From NCBI GenBank assembly GCA_964291655.2, contig OZ219802.1:32001-96000 (forward strand): a DNA stretch of 64,000 nucleotides, in the 5' to 3' direction. Positions 40,771 to 50,212 of the stretch are shown piece after piece. The notes under the pieces are model-generated. The model made no database searches. It worked only from the letters and a program-made list of their open reading frames with translations, and was not told the DNA's origin. Every line of letters begins with the position of its first letter. Within the stretch, counting starts at the first letter, position 1. The position numbers were made by a program, and so were the translations under genes. This stretch comes from Chloroflexota bacterium (GTDB lineage: Bacteria; Chloroflexota; UBA11872; VXOZ01).

Positions 40771-41883
40771 CTATTTGGACTTGCCACTGTGCGCAAGAAC
40801 TATGAGCAAAGCAGCAACGATGACACCAAGAATGCCCAACGCGTAGATTTTCTGCAGCGGCGTGGGCAGCAACAACGCGATCGCACCGAAGGCGGCCGCT
40901 AGCGACCAGTAGACGAGCGCAATGCCAAGAGGAGGCAGCCCTAGTTCCGACAGGCGATGATGCAAGTGGCTCGTATCCCGTTGGTAGAAGCGGCCGCCTC
41001 GCAACGTACGGCGAATGATAGACCACGCCACGTCAATGGCGGGTACCCCAAAGATTAGCAGTGTGGTGGCTAGTTTTGCTCCACCAATGATGGCTATAGT
41101 GCCTAGAGCGAAACCGAGGAAGTGGGCCCCGCTGTCGCCCATGATGATGCGCGCACGATAGACATTGAAGGGAAGAAAGCCGAGGATTGCTCCGGCGAGG
41201 ATGAGCGGCAGAAACGCTAAGCTGAATTGCTGCAACGACATACTGAGGAAAAAGAGCACTCCCGCCCCAATGAACGAGAGCCCTCCGGCCAGTCCGTCAT
41301 AGCCATCTACGAAATTGATAGCATTCATCATGCCCACAATCCAAAAGAGCGTGATGATCACCGACAGCCAATAAGGAAAGAAAATGTGGCCGTCCATGTA
41401 GGTAGCGATGCCACTCAAGAAGGAGATGTTTCCACCGAATGGATCGCGGACGAATTCAATAAATATCCCAAAAGAGACAGCTATACCGGCCGCGGCAACC
41501 TGCGCGATGAATTTGGGAAGGGGTGGCAGGCCGCGAACGTCGTCAATGAACATGACGAGCGTAATCAAGCCGGCGCCCAGCAGAAGACCCAGGATCTTCG
41601 GGTCCAACGACAGATCCTCGCGCAGCCACACCGTCGCAAGTAAGATGCCGGCAAATGCCGCAAAGATGGCGAGACCGCCAATCCGCGGAACCGGCCTCTT
41701 GTGCACCCTCCCTACGCCAGGCTGATCCAACCATTGCATACGCAGCGCCGTACGTCGCACGGCGTCGGTCAGGAGTAAAGCAACGACTGTCGCAGAGAAA
41801 AGGGCAAACAGAAGGGTGCTGGTAGCAGGTTGCACAACTCTACCCGGAGTGAGTATTGCGAAGGTGGGACTGTGTCCGCCCAT
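40771..41883 (-). CDS. WecA/TagO (MraY-like GT4 family) polyprenyl-phosphate GlcNAc-1-P transferase
   Basis: VHKRPVPRIGG, IDD, NAINFVDGYDGL, IIMGDSG, HLHH; true start may be somewhat downstream of 41883. Confidence 0.9.
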   Translation of the reverse strand: MGGHSPTFAILTPGRVVQPATSTLLFALFSATVVALLLTDAVRRTALRMQWLDQPGVGRVHKRPVPRIGGLAIFAAFAGILLATVWLREDLSLDPKILGLLLGAGLITLVMFIDDVRGLPPLPKFIAQVAAAGIAVSFGIFIEFVRDPFGGNISFLSGIATYMDGHIFFPYWLSVIITLFWIVGMMNAINFVDGYDGLAGGLSFIGAGVLFFLSMSLQQFSLAFLPLILAGAILGFLPFNVYRARIIMGDSGAHFLGFALGTIAIIGGAKLATTLLIFGVPAIDVAWSIIRRTLRGGRFYQRDTSHLHHRLSELGLPPLGIALVYWSLAAAFGAIALLLPTPLQKIYALGILGVIVAALLIVLAHSGKSK

Positions 41884-41969
41884 AAGTATACCATCACCTT
41901 TCGCTGCATTACCTGTTTAGACGCAAGCGCCGCCGTGGCGGTACAATAACGGTATGGGAGGATGTCGTC

Positions 41970-42440
41970 ATGCGCATGACAGAGTATGCAATGAATGATA
42001 CCGAGAGGGGCCACCAGAGACTTCCTGAGCATCGACCGGAGCAACACATTGAAGAGAGCGACCCTCTGGGATTTCTCGGCGGCTTTGTCGCGGGTGCCAT
42101 GTGCAGCGCGGTGGGCTCGACAACATGGCTGTGGTCGCTCGGCGTCTTGCTCCTAAATGTAGTACCGCAACTTGATAGGTTCACCCAGCCTACGCGGCCG
42201 CTACTGAACTTGGACCGCCTAATCGGAACCGCCGGTGAGGACTATGCATTGTTCGTTTTGATTGGGGGTTTATTCTTTTCTTTCTTGCCCATCGCACTCG
42301 CACTCTCCTTAAAGGAAGGTGGGCAGACGTTGAGTCTGCGCAACGGCCTGTTCATCGGCTGGATGCTGGGCCTCTTCTCTATTCCAATTATGGTCTTCCA
42401 GGCGTTCACCGAGTCCTTGGGAAGGCTCCCTAGGCTTTAG
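41970..42440 (+). CDS. Hypothetical membrane protein
   Basis: GGAGG RBS; about 3 hydrophobic segments. Confidence 0.55.
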   Translation: MRMTEYAMNDTERGHQRLPEHRPEQHIEESDPLGFLGGFVAGAMCSAVGSTTWLWSLGVLLLNVVPQLDRFTQPTRPLLNLDRLIGTAGEDYALFVLIGGLFFSFLPIALALSLKEGGQTLSLRNGLFIGWMLGLFSIPIMVFQAFTESLGRLPRL

Positions 42441-42747
42441 ACACGCCAAGACTGACTTGCTGGGTTCGCGAGAGGGGTCTGGGGAAGCGCCATCCGCAGA
42501 GTTCCTGTTAAGATGAGTAGTATCTAGCGTGTTTCGTTCCCACCGACCAACAAGACTCACACTTATCACTGTTGACATTCCAAGAATTGGGTAGAGTTGC
42601 TATGGGTAGCGTGTAAGGGCGACTCAAGGCACTTTGCATGTGACTTTGTGAGTGACTCTCGGCTCAGTGTTAAATCTCAATGAGGAAGGATTCGAAGATT
42701 TCCGGTAAAGACTGAATCGAATGAAGTTTCTAGTCAGATTGGGGACA

Positions 42748-43440
42748 ATGTCACAGAATCCACCAGAATTTGAGATGAGTTCAGTACAAGGCGAATATCT
42801 GATTCGCGTGTACACGACGCTTCGCGAGGGGTCACGAGTAGTTGGATCTCGCCTGGCAGAACGGCTGGGAGTTTCCGCGTCGGCGGTGACACAGGCTTTC
42901 CAACGCATGGAGCGACAGGGGCTCGCCGTCATCGACCACGACTGGGGTCTTCAATTGACGCCTGAAGGGCGTAGCATAGCTGAATCGATTATTCGCCGGC
43001 ACTACCTAATTGAGAGACTATTGGTTGATACGTTGGGGTTCGATTGGGCCGATGCCGATGATGAAGCGGAACGCCTGGAACACGCGCTTTCATCTAAATT
43101 AGAAACCTACCTATTCGAAAGTCTTGGAGAGCCGACAACGTGCCCGCATGGGAACCCGTTTCCAGGGTCGCCGGATGAGGAACGGTTGCTAGGCGCGCGA
43201 AAGCTGACAGAAACAAGGGTGGGGGAGAGCGTCGTGATTCTCCGCATCACCGAAGAAGGTGAAGACGACGGCGATCTTCTCCGTTTTGCCCATAGCCAGG
43301 GCCTGCTGCCAGGATCGCCAGTCTTGGTCGAAGACATCGACCTGCGAGCAGGACAGCTACTCCTGAGTACAGATGAGCGCAAAGTCGTTATTTCGGTGCG
43401 CTGGGCTCAAAGTGTTCGCGTTTCCGGCCCTGTCTCTTAA
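42748..43440 (+). CDS. DtxR/MntR-family metal-dependent regulator with C-terminal FeoA/SH3-like domain
   Basis: wHTH LAERLGVSASAVT, RRHYLIERLL, EAERLEHALS, PTTCPHGNPFP. Confidence 0.92.
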   Translation: MSQNPPEFEMSSVQGEYLIRVYTTLREGSRVVGSRLAERLGVSASAVTQAFQRMERQGLAVIDHDWGLQLTPEGRSIAESIIRRHYLIERLLVDTLGFDWADADDEAERLEHALSSKLETYLFESLGEPTTCPHGNPFPGSPDEERLLGARKLTETRVGESVVILRITEEGEDDGDLLRFAHSQGLLPGSPVLVEDIDLRAGQLLLSTDERKVVISVRWAQSVRVSGPVS

Positions 43441-43563
43441 GCAGATTCACTCGCGGAGCTCGCGCGTTTGGCCGCTACGGAGCTTTACCACAGACAAGGC
43501 GACATTGACGTAACTAGGTTGTTTGTCGCTGTCTGAAGTGTTCGTTTGCGTTACCGGCTGTCG

Positions 43564-44433
43564 CTACCCTCGAGATCCCGCTCGCAGAGCTGCCAAATGG
43601 TCGGCAAGCGCATCTTGCCAGGGTCGAAGGTCGTCCTGATGGATGGCTGCCAGCCGCTCGTTTGCCAATACGGAGTAGGGAGGGCGCGCCGCCGGCGTAA
43701 CGTACTTCTTCGACGATGTAGGAGAAAGCTCTGCGTCGACGCCCACTAACTCGAAGATAGTTTTGGCGAATTCATACCAGGTGCACGAACCGGCGTTGGT
43801 TATGTGGACGACGCCAGTAATGTCTTGCCCAATCAACCACGCTACTTTCTCAGCCAGGTCTCTGGTCGAGGTAGGCGTACACTCCTGGTCGTCGACTACC
43901 CGGAGCGCAGACCCTTCCCCTGCCTTGCGAAGCATTGTTTGGACGAAGTTGCCTCCTTTGCTGCTTGCGCCCGCAGCGCCGTACAAGCCGCACGTTCGCA
44001 CTATCACCGCTCTCCGCCACGCAATTTGAGCAAGATACTCTCCGGCGAGCTTGGAAGTCCCATAGACGGACAGCGGCGCCGGTGGATCGTCTTCGGTTAG
44101 TGGAGCGCGTTTTGCCTGACCGCCAAACACGTAGTCTGTGCTGAAGTGCACAAACTGCGAGTTCTGCTCTGCACAGAGTTGGGCGAGATGCCGTACAGCG
44201 AGAACATTCGTGGCAAAGGCGGTTTCTTCCTGAGTCTCACAGTCGTCTACGCGATGAAAGGCAGCGGTGTTAATGAGCGCGTCCGGCCTGAATGAACGAA
44301 AAATCTCAGCGGTCCGGTCGGCGTTGCAAATGTCTAGGTCCTGGCGCGGCGGCGCAAGTACTTCATATTGAGAGAGTGAGAGCCTGAGGTCGTACGCTAG
44401 CTGTCCGTTCCCGCCTGTGATAAGGATTCGCAT
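43564..44433 (-). CDS. rfbD: dTDP-4-dehydrorhamnose reductase
   Basis: TGGNGQL, STDYVF, YGTSKLAGE, VVDDQ, ARPPYSVL. Confidence 0.94.
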   Translation of the reverse strand: MRILITGGNGQLAYDLRLSLSQYEVLAPPRQDLDICNADRTAEIFRSFRPDALINTAAFHRVDDCETQEETAFATNVLAVRHLAQLCAEQNSQFVHFSTDYVFGGQAKRAPLTEDDPPAPLSVYGTSKLAGEYLAQIAWRRAVIVRTCGLYGAAGASSKGGNFVQTMLRKAGEGSALRVVDDQECTPTSTRDLAEKVAWLIGQDITGVVHITNAGSCTWYEFAKTIFELVGVDAELSPTSSKKYVTPAARPPYSVLANERLAAIHQDDLRPWQDALADHLAALRAGSRG

Positions 44434-44661
44434 TCCACCCTCGTCGTTACACTTCTCGCCGTAAAGCCGCTTCGCTTAACATACATCAGCCTGCACGCAC
44501 TGAGGTTTTCAGTAGTGTACTACTTTGAAAATGAGCGCGGTCGCCGCTATCCTGGATAAACGACTTGGGGTGCATTGATGTTCGAGGAAGCTACACATAT
44601 GAGAAGGCAAGAGGGACACGAAGTAGTGAACTTGTCAGGATTTCGAGTGAGGATTCTTTAG

Positions 44662-45819
44662 TTGTCGCAGCCAACGCTACGTAACCCAGCAGCATCGTCA
44701 CCCGACGCGCCAGACATAGATGTCGCAATAGTTGGCGGGGGTCCTGGCGGGCTTGCCGCCGCCCAGCAGTTAGGCGAGCGGGGTATTGCAAGCGTGGTTC
44801 TTGAGAAGGGTGGTTGCCCCGGTTGGATGTGGAGCAAGACGTACGAGAGTCTCCGCCTGCACACCGGAAAGCACCTGAGCGCTTTGCCTGGAATGCCGTA
44901 CCCAAGTGGGACCAGCCTTTTCCCTTCACGTGCGGAATTCACGGATTATCTCAAGGACTACGTGGCACAATTCAGTCTGCCCCTCCGTGTTGGTGTAGAG
45001 GCGCAGGCACTTGAGCGGCAAGCGGACACATGGAGAATTAAGACGAGTGAAGGTTGGGTTACGGCACGCGCTGTAGTCGTAGCAACCGGCATCATGTCGT
45101 CGCCGCTTGTGCCAAGCAAACTTGGGTCGGAATCATTCGAGGGATACCTCATCCACAGTTCGGACTACAGGAGGCCATCGCCATTCTCACACCAGCGTGT
45201 GTTAGTCGTTGGCGTAGGCAATTCCGGAGCGGAGATTGCGGCGGAGCTTGCAAGTGCCAGTGTACGTGTGGCGATATCTGTCCGTTCGGGAGTGAACAAC
45301 GTGCCTCGAAGCGTCGTTGGGATTCCGAGCCAATACCTGGGGTGGGCAATCTCCTGGCTGCCTCGTCCCATCCAACAGCGATTGACACGGACGTTTGGGC
45401 TCGTGGGAGCCGTAGTCCGGGGCGGCAACCCAATCCCGCGCAAGAAGGGGTTCGGCAATTGCCCGGACGTACCCCTTATCGGTATGAAGCTGGCCAACGC
45501 CGTGCGATCTGGTGCTATCGCCCTCCTGCCTGGCATCGATCGTTTCACGCCGGAAGGAGCGACATTTACTGATGGCACGCAACACGGGTTCGACGCGGTG
45601 ATACTGGCTACCGGGTACAGGTCGTCCATTGAGTGGATGGGCGCTTACAACGCCAGAGATGCTTGCGGATTCGCTAAACGACGAGACCGCGTGAGAAGCC
45701 TTGAATTCCCTAATCTCTACTTTATTGGTCACAACTACGATGGCAGGGGCGGACTCTATAATATCGCCGTGGACGCAAAGCGGATTGCCCGGATTGTGTT
45801 GAGCAGTCAAAGGCTGTGA
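44662..45819 (+). CDS. Flavin-containing monooxygenase (FMO/YUCCA-like)
   Basis: GGGPGG FAD motif, FEGYLIHSSDY FMO fingerprint, VGVGNSG NADPH motif, ATGY. Confidence 0.9.
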   Translation: MSQPTLRNPAASSPDAPDIDVAIVGGGPGGLAAAQQLGERGIASVVLEKGGCPGWMWSKTYESLRLHTGKHLSALPGMPYPSGTSLFPSRAEFTDYLKDYVAQFSLPLRVGVEAQALERQADTWRIKTSEGWVTARAVVVATGIMSSPLVPSKLGSESFEGYLIHSSDYRRPSPFSHQRVLVVGVGNSGAEIAAELASASVRVAISVRSGVNNVPRSVVGIPSQYLGWAISWLPRPIQQRLTRTFGLVGAVVRGGNPIPRKKGFGNCPDVPLIGMKLANAVRSGAIALLPGIDRFTPEGATFTDGTQHGFDAVILATGYRSSIEWMGAYNARDACGFAKRRDRVRSLEFPNLYFIGHNYDGRGGLYNIAVDAKRIARIVLSSQRL

Positions 45820-46226
45820 TAGCTGCCAAAGGACCAAAGTGCTGTTGCCAACACCATATGAAACCAGATTGGGATCGTCCGCTTGAGCCATCTCCTTTCC
45901 GGCTTGAGCTTCATCGTTAGAATATAGCGCGCCAACATTGCACCGAAGTAAACTACTGCGGCAGCCCTGAGGGGCGTCGCCAACATGCCCCACCAGCTCG
46001 AAGCAAAGAGACCCTCAGTCCGGTAGACGTCGGCAGCAATGACTGCCAGGAGCGAAAACAGAACTAGCTGCGCAGGGAGCAGGTAGCGGTAGGGCATCAA
46101 TCCCGAGTACCAGTGTTCCATCGCAGGCAACCAGCGAGGCGAGAACAAAACGACTACCACTTGTCCCAGCACTCGTAACCCAAACAAGACAGTACATACA
46201 AGGAGGATTAGAGGTGCCAGGGACAT
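45807..46226 (-). CDS. Hypothetical membrane protein
   Basis: Four hydrophobic segments, WYSG motif, GAGG RBS; 13-nt convergent overlap with the FMO gene. Confidence 0.6.
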   Translation of the reverse strand: MSLAPLILLVCTVLFGLRVLGQVVVVLFSPRWLPAMEHWYSGLMPYRYLLPAQLVLFSLLAVIAADVYRTEGLFASSWWGMLATPLRAAAVVYFGAMLARYILTMKLKPERRWLKRTIPIWFHMVLATALWSFGSYHSL

Positions 46227-46923
46227 GTCTTCAACCTCGTGCTAGTCGACGATGCGAGTTTCTCGGCCGGCTCTAACTCTTTAGGAATGAGAATCTACTG
46301 CAGCAATCTACTTGGTTGCCTATGCGGCACCCAGAAATAGGGCTGCAATTTCCGTTACCACGCCAATGCAATTTCAAACAGCTTCCATTCTATATGTTAG
46401 CTTGACATGGGCACTCCCAATTGGTAGGTTAATGGCCAGAAATCACAGTGATGATTCTACGATTTGGTGGTCTCTGGCTAATTGGTCGGCAGGCAATATT
46501 GTAGTATTATTGCACCCAAAGAACCGAGTGGTTACACAACTGGGGATAACTCGGATCTTGGGCAAGTGTTTTGTCCTCGCACTGCTTTGACATCTCCCTT
46601 CTTAAAAAAGAAGACGGGATGCACATTGACTGTGGGGAGAAGGTGAGGGAACCTAACAAGACTTTCATTGTAGTTTCCAGGGGGCAGTGGAGAGAAAGGA
46701 GCAGAGTGCTCGCGCAGACCGTTCGTCGAGAATGAGCCTGAGCAATTCATTGATCGTGTTACCTTGTGGCGAGAAATTCATCGGTTCCAGTTGGACGTGG
46801 ATTCGGTATGTTCCCGCCCTTGCTGTCATATGGTCACGTGCAGGATTTAGAGGTTGAGAACGACTTAGAGTTCAGGTATGGTGTTCAGCAAGACCAAGTT
46901 GCAATGTTAAGGAGATGCGCCCA

Positions 46924-47262
46924 ATGGGAGTAACTACGGAGCGGCAAGATAACACACTGATTGCAAAGACCGATGGTCGCATTGATGGGGCGAATGCCCG
47001 TGAATTCCAGGATGCCTTAGACGCCGCAATTGACTCGAGTGAGCGTGCCGTCGTCTTGGACCTGGAGGAAGTTTCGTATATCAGTAGTGCCGGCTTGCGA
47101 GTTATCCTCCTAACAGCCAAGTCGTTGCAGAAGCAAGACGCGAAGTTTGCCGTCTGCTCGCTCTCAGAATCAATTCGAGAGATATTCGAGATCAGCGGCT
47201 TTGATCAAATCATTGCCGTTCACGATTCTCGAGATGAAGCAATAGACGCACTCAAGAATTAA
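46924..47262 (+). CDS. STAS anti-sigma-factor antagonist (RsbV/SpoIIAA-like)
   Basis: GRID, VVLDLEEVSYISSAGLR with phosphorylatable Ser, IFEISGF. Confidence 0.93.
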   Translation: MGVTTERQDNTLIAKTDGRIDGANAREFQDALDAAIDSSERAVVLDLEEVSYISSAGLRVILLTAKSLQKQDAKFAVCSLSESIREIFEISGFDQIIAVHDSRDEAIDALKN

Positions 47263-47352
47263 CTCGCCCATTCTTGCGCAGCATCGAGAATTCAACTGGC
47301 CCGTGGGTACTCCCTACAGGGTCAGATAATGCAGTTCTCGAGGAAGGGAACG

Positions 47353-48513
47353 ATGGAACCACCTTACAAAATCCTCGTTGTCGATGATGAACCGGATCTT
47401 GAGCCTCTCATGCTGCAGCGAATGCGTCGCCACATTCGGGCGGGACGCTACTCGTTCGTCTTCGCTCAGAATGGAGTTGAAGCGCTTGAACGCCTGACCG
47501 AAGAGGATGACATTGATATGGTCCTCTCCGATATCAATATGCCTCGCATGGATGGCTTAACGCTGCTTGAACAGATTCCCAAGGTCGATCCCAACATCCG
47601 CTCCGTAATCGTTTCAGCATACGGAGACATGAAGAACATCCGCACGGCCATGAATCGTGGCGCTTTCGACTTTGTGACCAAACCGCTAGACTTTGCAGAC
47701 CTTCAAATTACAATCGATCGCACATTGAGTCATATGACTGAATGGCGAGAAGCACTCTCTTCGCGTGACAAACTGGTTGCATTGCAGAATGAACTGAATG
47801 TCGCCAGCCAGATCCAGCAGTCGATTTTGCCAACAATATTTCCTAAAGGCGAAAACTACAAAATCTATGCCAGCATGGAACCTGCGCGCAATGTTGGGGG
47901 AGACTTCTTTGACGTTTTGACTCTGGATGCCGGCATGGTTGGCCTTGCGATTGCGGACGTATCCGACAAAGGCGTACCCGCTGCCCTATTCATGATGTCT
48001 AGCCGCACGCTTCTGAAGGGCTCTGCCATCGGCATTGGAGAGCCGGGCCAGGTGCTGTGTGAGGTAAACGATTTGCTTCATGAAGACAATGACACGGGAA
48101 TGTTCGTCACTGTTCTGTATGCGGTCTATAGTCCGGCGAGTGGAGAACTAGCCTATGCCAACGGCGGGCACAATAGTCCTCTCATGGTTCATCCGGATGG
48201 GAGTTCATCGTTGCTTCCCCTTACTGGTGGCATTGCGCTTGGTGTTATGCCTGATTTGCCATACCAACAGCAGACTGTGACCCTGGCTCCAGGTGATCTT
48301 GCGTTCCTCTACACAGACGGTGTCACCGAGGCCATGAACGCCGAGGGAGAGGAATTTGGCGTGGAACGCCTGCAGGAAGTGTTTGCAACCAACCCTCCCC
48401 GGGATCCAGAAGAGGCGAACGAGGCGGTTTTCGCTGCGGTGAGTGAGTTTGCCGGCGAAACACCCCAGTCTGACGACATAACATGCTTAGCATTGTATCG
48501 TAGCGAGTCATAA
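47353..48513 (+). CDS. Response regulator receiver + PP2C/SpoIIE serine phosphatase
   Basis: REC: VVDDE, SDINMP, VTKP; PP2C: GGDFF, ADVSDKG, YTDGVTE, DDIT. Confidence 0.94.
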   Translation: MEPPYKILVVDDEPDLEPLMLQRMRRHIRAGRYSFVFAQNGVEALERLTEEDDIDMVLSDINMPRMDGLTLLEQIPKVDPNIRSVIVSAYGDMKNIRTAMNRGAFDFVTKPLDFADLQITIDRTLSHMTEWREALSSRDKLVALQNELNVASQIQQSILPTIFPKGENYKIYASMEPARNVGGDFFDVLTLDAGMVGLAIADVSDKGVPAALFMMSSRTLLKGSAIGIGEPGQVLCEVNDLLHEDNDTGMFVTVLYAVYSPASGELAYANGGHNSPLMVHPDGSSSLLPLTGGIALGVMPDLPYQQQTVTLAPGDLAFLYTDGVTEAMNAEGEEFGVERLQEVFATNPPRDPEEANEAVFAAVSEFAGETPQSDDITCLALYRSES

Positions 48514-48515
48514 AG

Positions 48516-48935
48516 TTGGGTAGCGAGCTGAATTTAAAGGTCGAGACCAGACGTGACGAACTAGACCGGGTCTCGACAGCAATAGAGAGCTTTGGCCTGG
48601 AAGCAGACTGGCCGATAGATCTCATATTCAAGGTGAACCTGGCCCTTGAAGAGCTCGTGATCAACGTCATGAATTATGGCCATGATGGTGGACTCCATGA
48701 GATCGATATCACCTTAACCTCCGATGAGGATTCCCTCACCATCGAAATTGTAGATGACGGCCGACCCTTTGATCCGTTGCATGACGCACCTAAACCCGAT
48801 GTGAACGCCGAACTAGAGGATAGAGACATAGGTGGTTTGGGCATTCATTTTGTACGCAAGATGATGGATGACGTGCGCTACCGTCGGGAAGAGGGAAAGA
48901 ACCACTTGACCCTGGTTACGAGCTTAGCAAAATGA
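48516..48935 (+). CDS. RsbW/SpoIIAB-like anti-sigma Ser/Thr kinase (GHKL)
   Basis: LALEELVINVMNYG, DDGRPFDP, GGLGIHFV. Confidence 0.92.
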   Translation: MGSELNLKVETRRDELDRVSTAIESFGLEADWPIDLIFKVNLALEELVINVMNYGHDGGLHEIDITLTSDEDSLTIEIVDDGRPFDPLHDAPKPDVNAELEDRDIGGLGIHFVRKMMDDVRYRREEGKNHLTLVTSLAK

Positions 48936-50212
48936 AAACCGTCTCCTGCATTCCTGCGGCCTCGTTGGTTCGCTTAGGAAACAGGGTGGCAGTTGGGTTT
49001 CTCTTAGCCACCCTTCTCATCGGTTGCTCCACTTCTGCTCAAGAAGGCGATTCGGTAGTTGCGGAAGCTTCGGCAACACCGGAGACAGTTACCGAAGATT
49101 CTCAGTCTCTTGCCCCTGGTGTCACGGAGGATCAAGTCCTCTTCGGGCAATCCGCAGCTTTCAGCGGCCCCGCGGAAGAGCTTGGCACAAACATGGAATT
49201 CGGCATTAGGGCCGCTTTCCATGAAGTCAACCAGAAGGGTGGCGTCCATGGACGGGAGCTCATGCTGCTCCAATTGGATGACGCCTACGAACCGGAAGCC
49301 GCGATTGAAAACACGAGAGAGCTCATTGAAGAGTACGGTGTTTTCGCACTCATTGGAGCCGTTGGCACGCCGACCTCCCGCTCCGCGGTGCCGGTTGCCT
49401 TCGAAGCAGGTGTGCCGTACATTGCCCCCTTCACCGGCGCCGAATTCCTGCGCAACTCTGACCTGTTCAATGTCGTAAACATGCGCGCCTCCTACTTTCA
49501 AGAGACCGAAGAAATGGTGGAGCGCCTGACGACGGACTTGGGTATCACCCGCATTGGTGTCTTGTACCAAGACGATTCCTATGGTCGGGCCGGCTACAAC
49601 GGCGTGCGGCGGGCTCTTGAAAAGCGCAACATGGAAATGGTGTCGATTGGGGTCTATGCGCGTAACACCACTGCAGTTAAGGCGGCATTGCTTGATCTCC
49701 GTCGCGGCGAACCTGAAGCGGTAATCATGATTGGCGCCTATAAGCCGGTCGCCGCCCTTATCCTCTGGGCGCGGCAAATAGGCTTAGACCCGGTGTTCAT
49801 GACCGTGTCCTTCGTGGGTAGCAATGCTCTGGCACAGGAGCTTGGACCAGCCGGGGAAGGCGTGTTCGTTACACAGGTGGTCCCGTTTCCCACGGATGAG
49901 AACCAGCAAATCGTCAAAGAGTATCGGCGTGCCATTCGGGAGTTTTCCGCGTGGCACGATCCCGGCTTTGTCTCTTTAGAGGGTTACCTCGCCGGCCGCT
50001 TGGCAATTGCCGGGCTTGAGCGCTGCGGGCCGCAGCCTACACGAGAGTGCTTCCTCGATAGCATTCGCAACACCGGCTTAATCGACCTTAGCGGTTTTGA
50101 GCTTAACTATGGAGCGGAAGATAACCAGGGTTCAGACGAAGTTTTTCTGACGATGATCGGACCAGATGGCACGTATCAGCCTATGAGTTCACTTCGGGAT
50201 TTGAACCGGTGA
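48932..50212 (+). CDS. Branched-chain amino acid/amide-type solute-binding lipoprotein
   Basis: Lipobox LLIGC, GQSAAFSGP, GGVHGR, DDAYEP, GAVGTPT, NMRASY. Confidence 0.88.
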   Translation: MKTVSCIPAASLVRLGNRVAVGFLLATLLIGCSTSAQEGDSVVAEASATPETVTEDSQSLAPGVTEDQVLFGQSAAFSGPAEELGTNMEFGIRAAFHEVNQKGGVHGRELMLLQLDDAYEPEAAIENTRELIEEYGVFALIGAVGTPTSRSAVPVAFEAGVPYIAPFTGAEFLRNSDLFNVVNMRASYFQETEEMVERLTTDLGITRIGVLYQDDSYGRAGYNGVRRALEKRNMEMVSIGVYARNTTAVKAALLDLRRGEPEAVIMIGAYKPVAALILWARQIGLDPVFMTVSFVGSNALAQELGPAGEGVFVTQVVPFPTDENQQIVKEYRRAIREFSAWHDPGFVSLEGYLAGRLAIAGLERCGPQPTRECFLDSIRNTGLIDLSGFELNYGAEDNQGSDEVFLTMIGPDGTYQPMSSLRDLNR

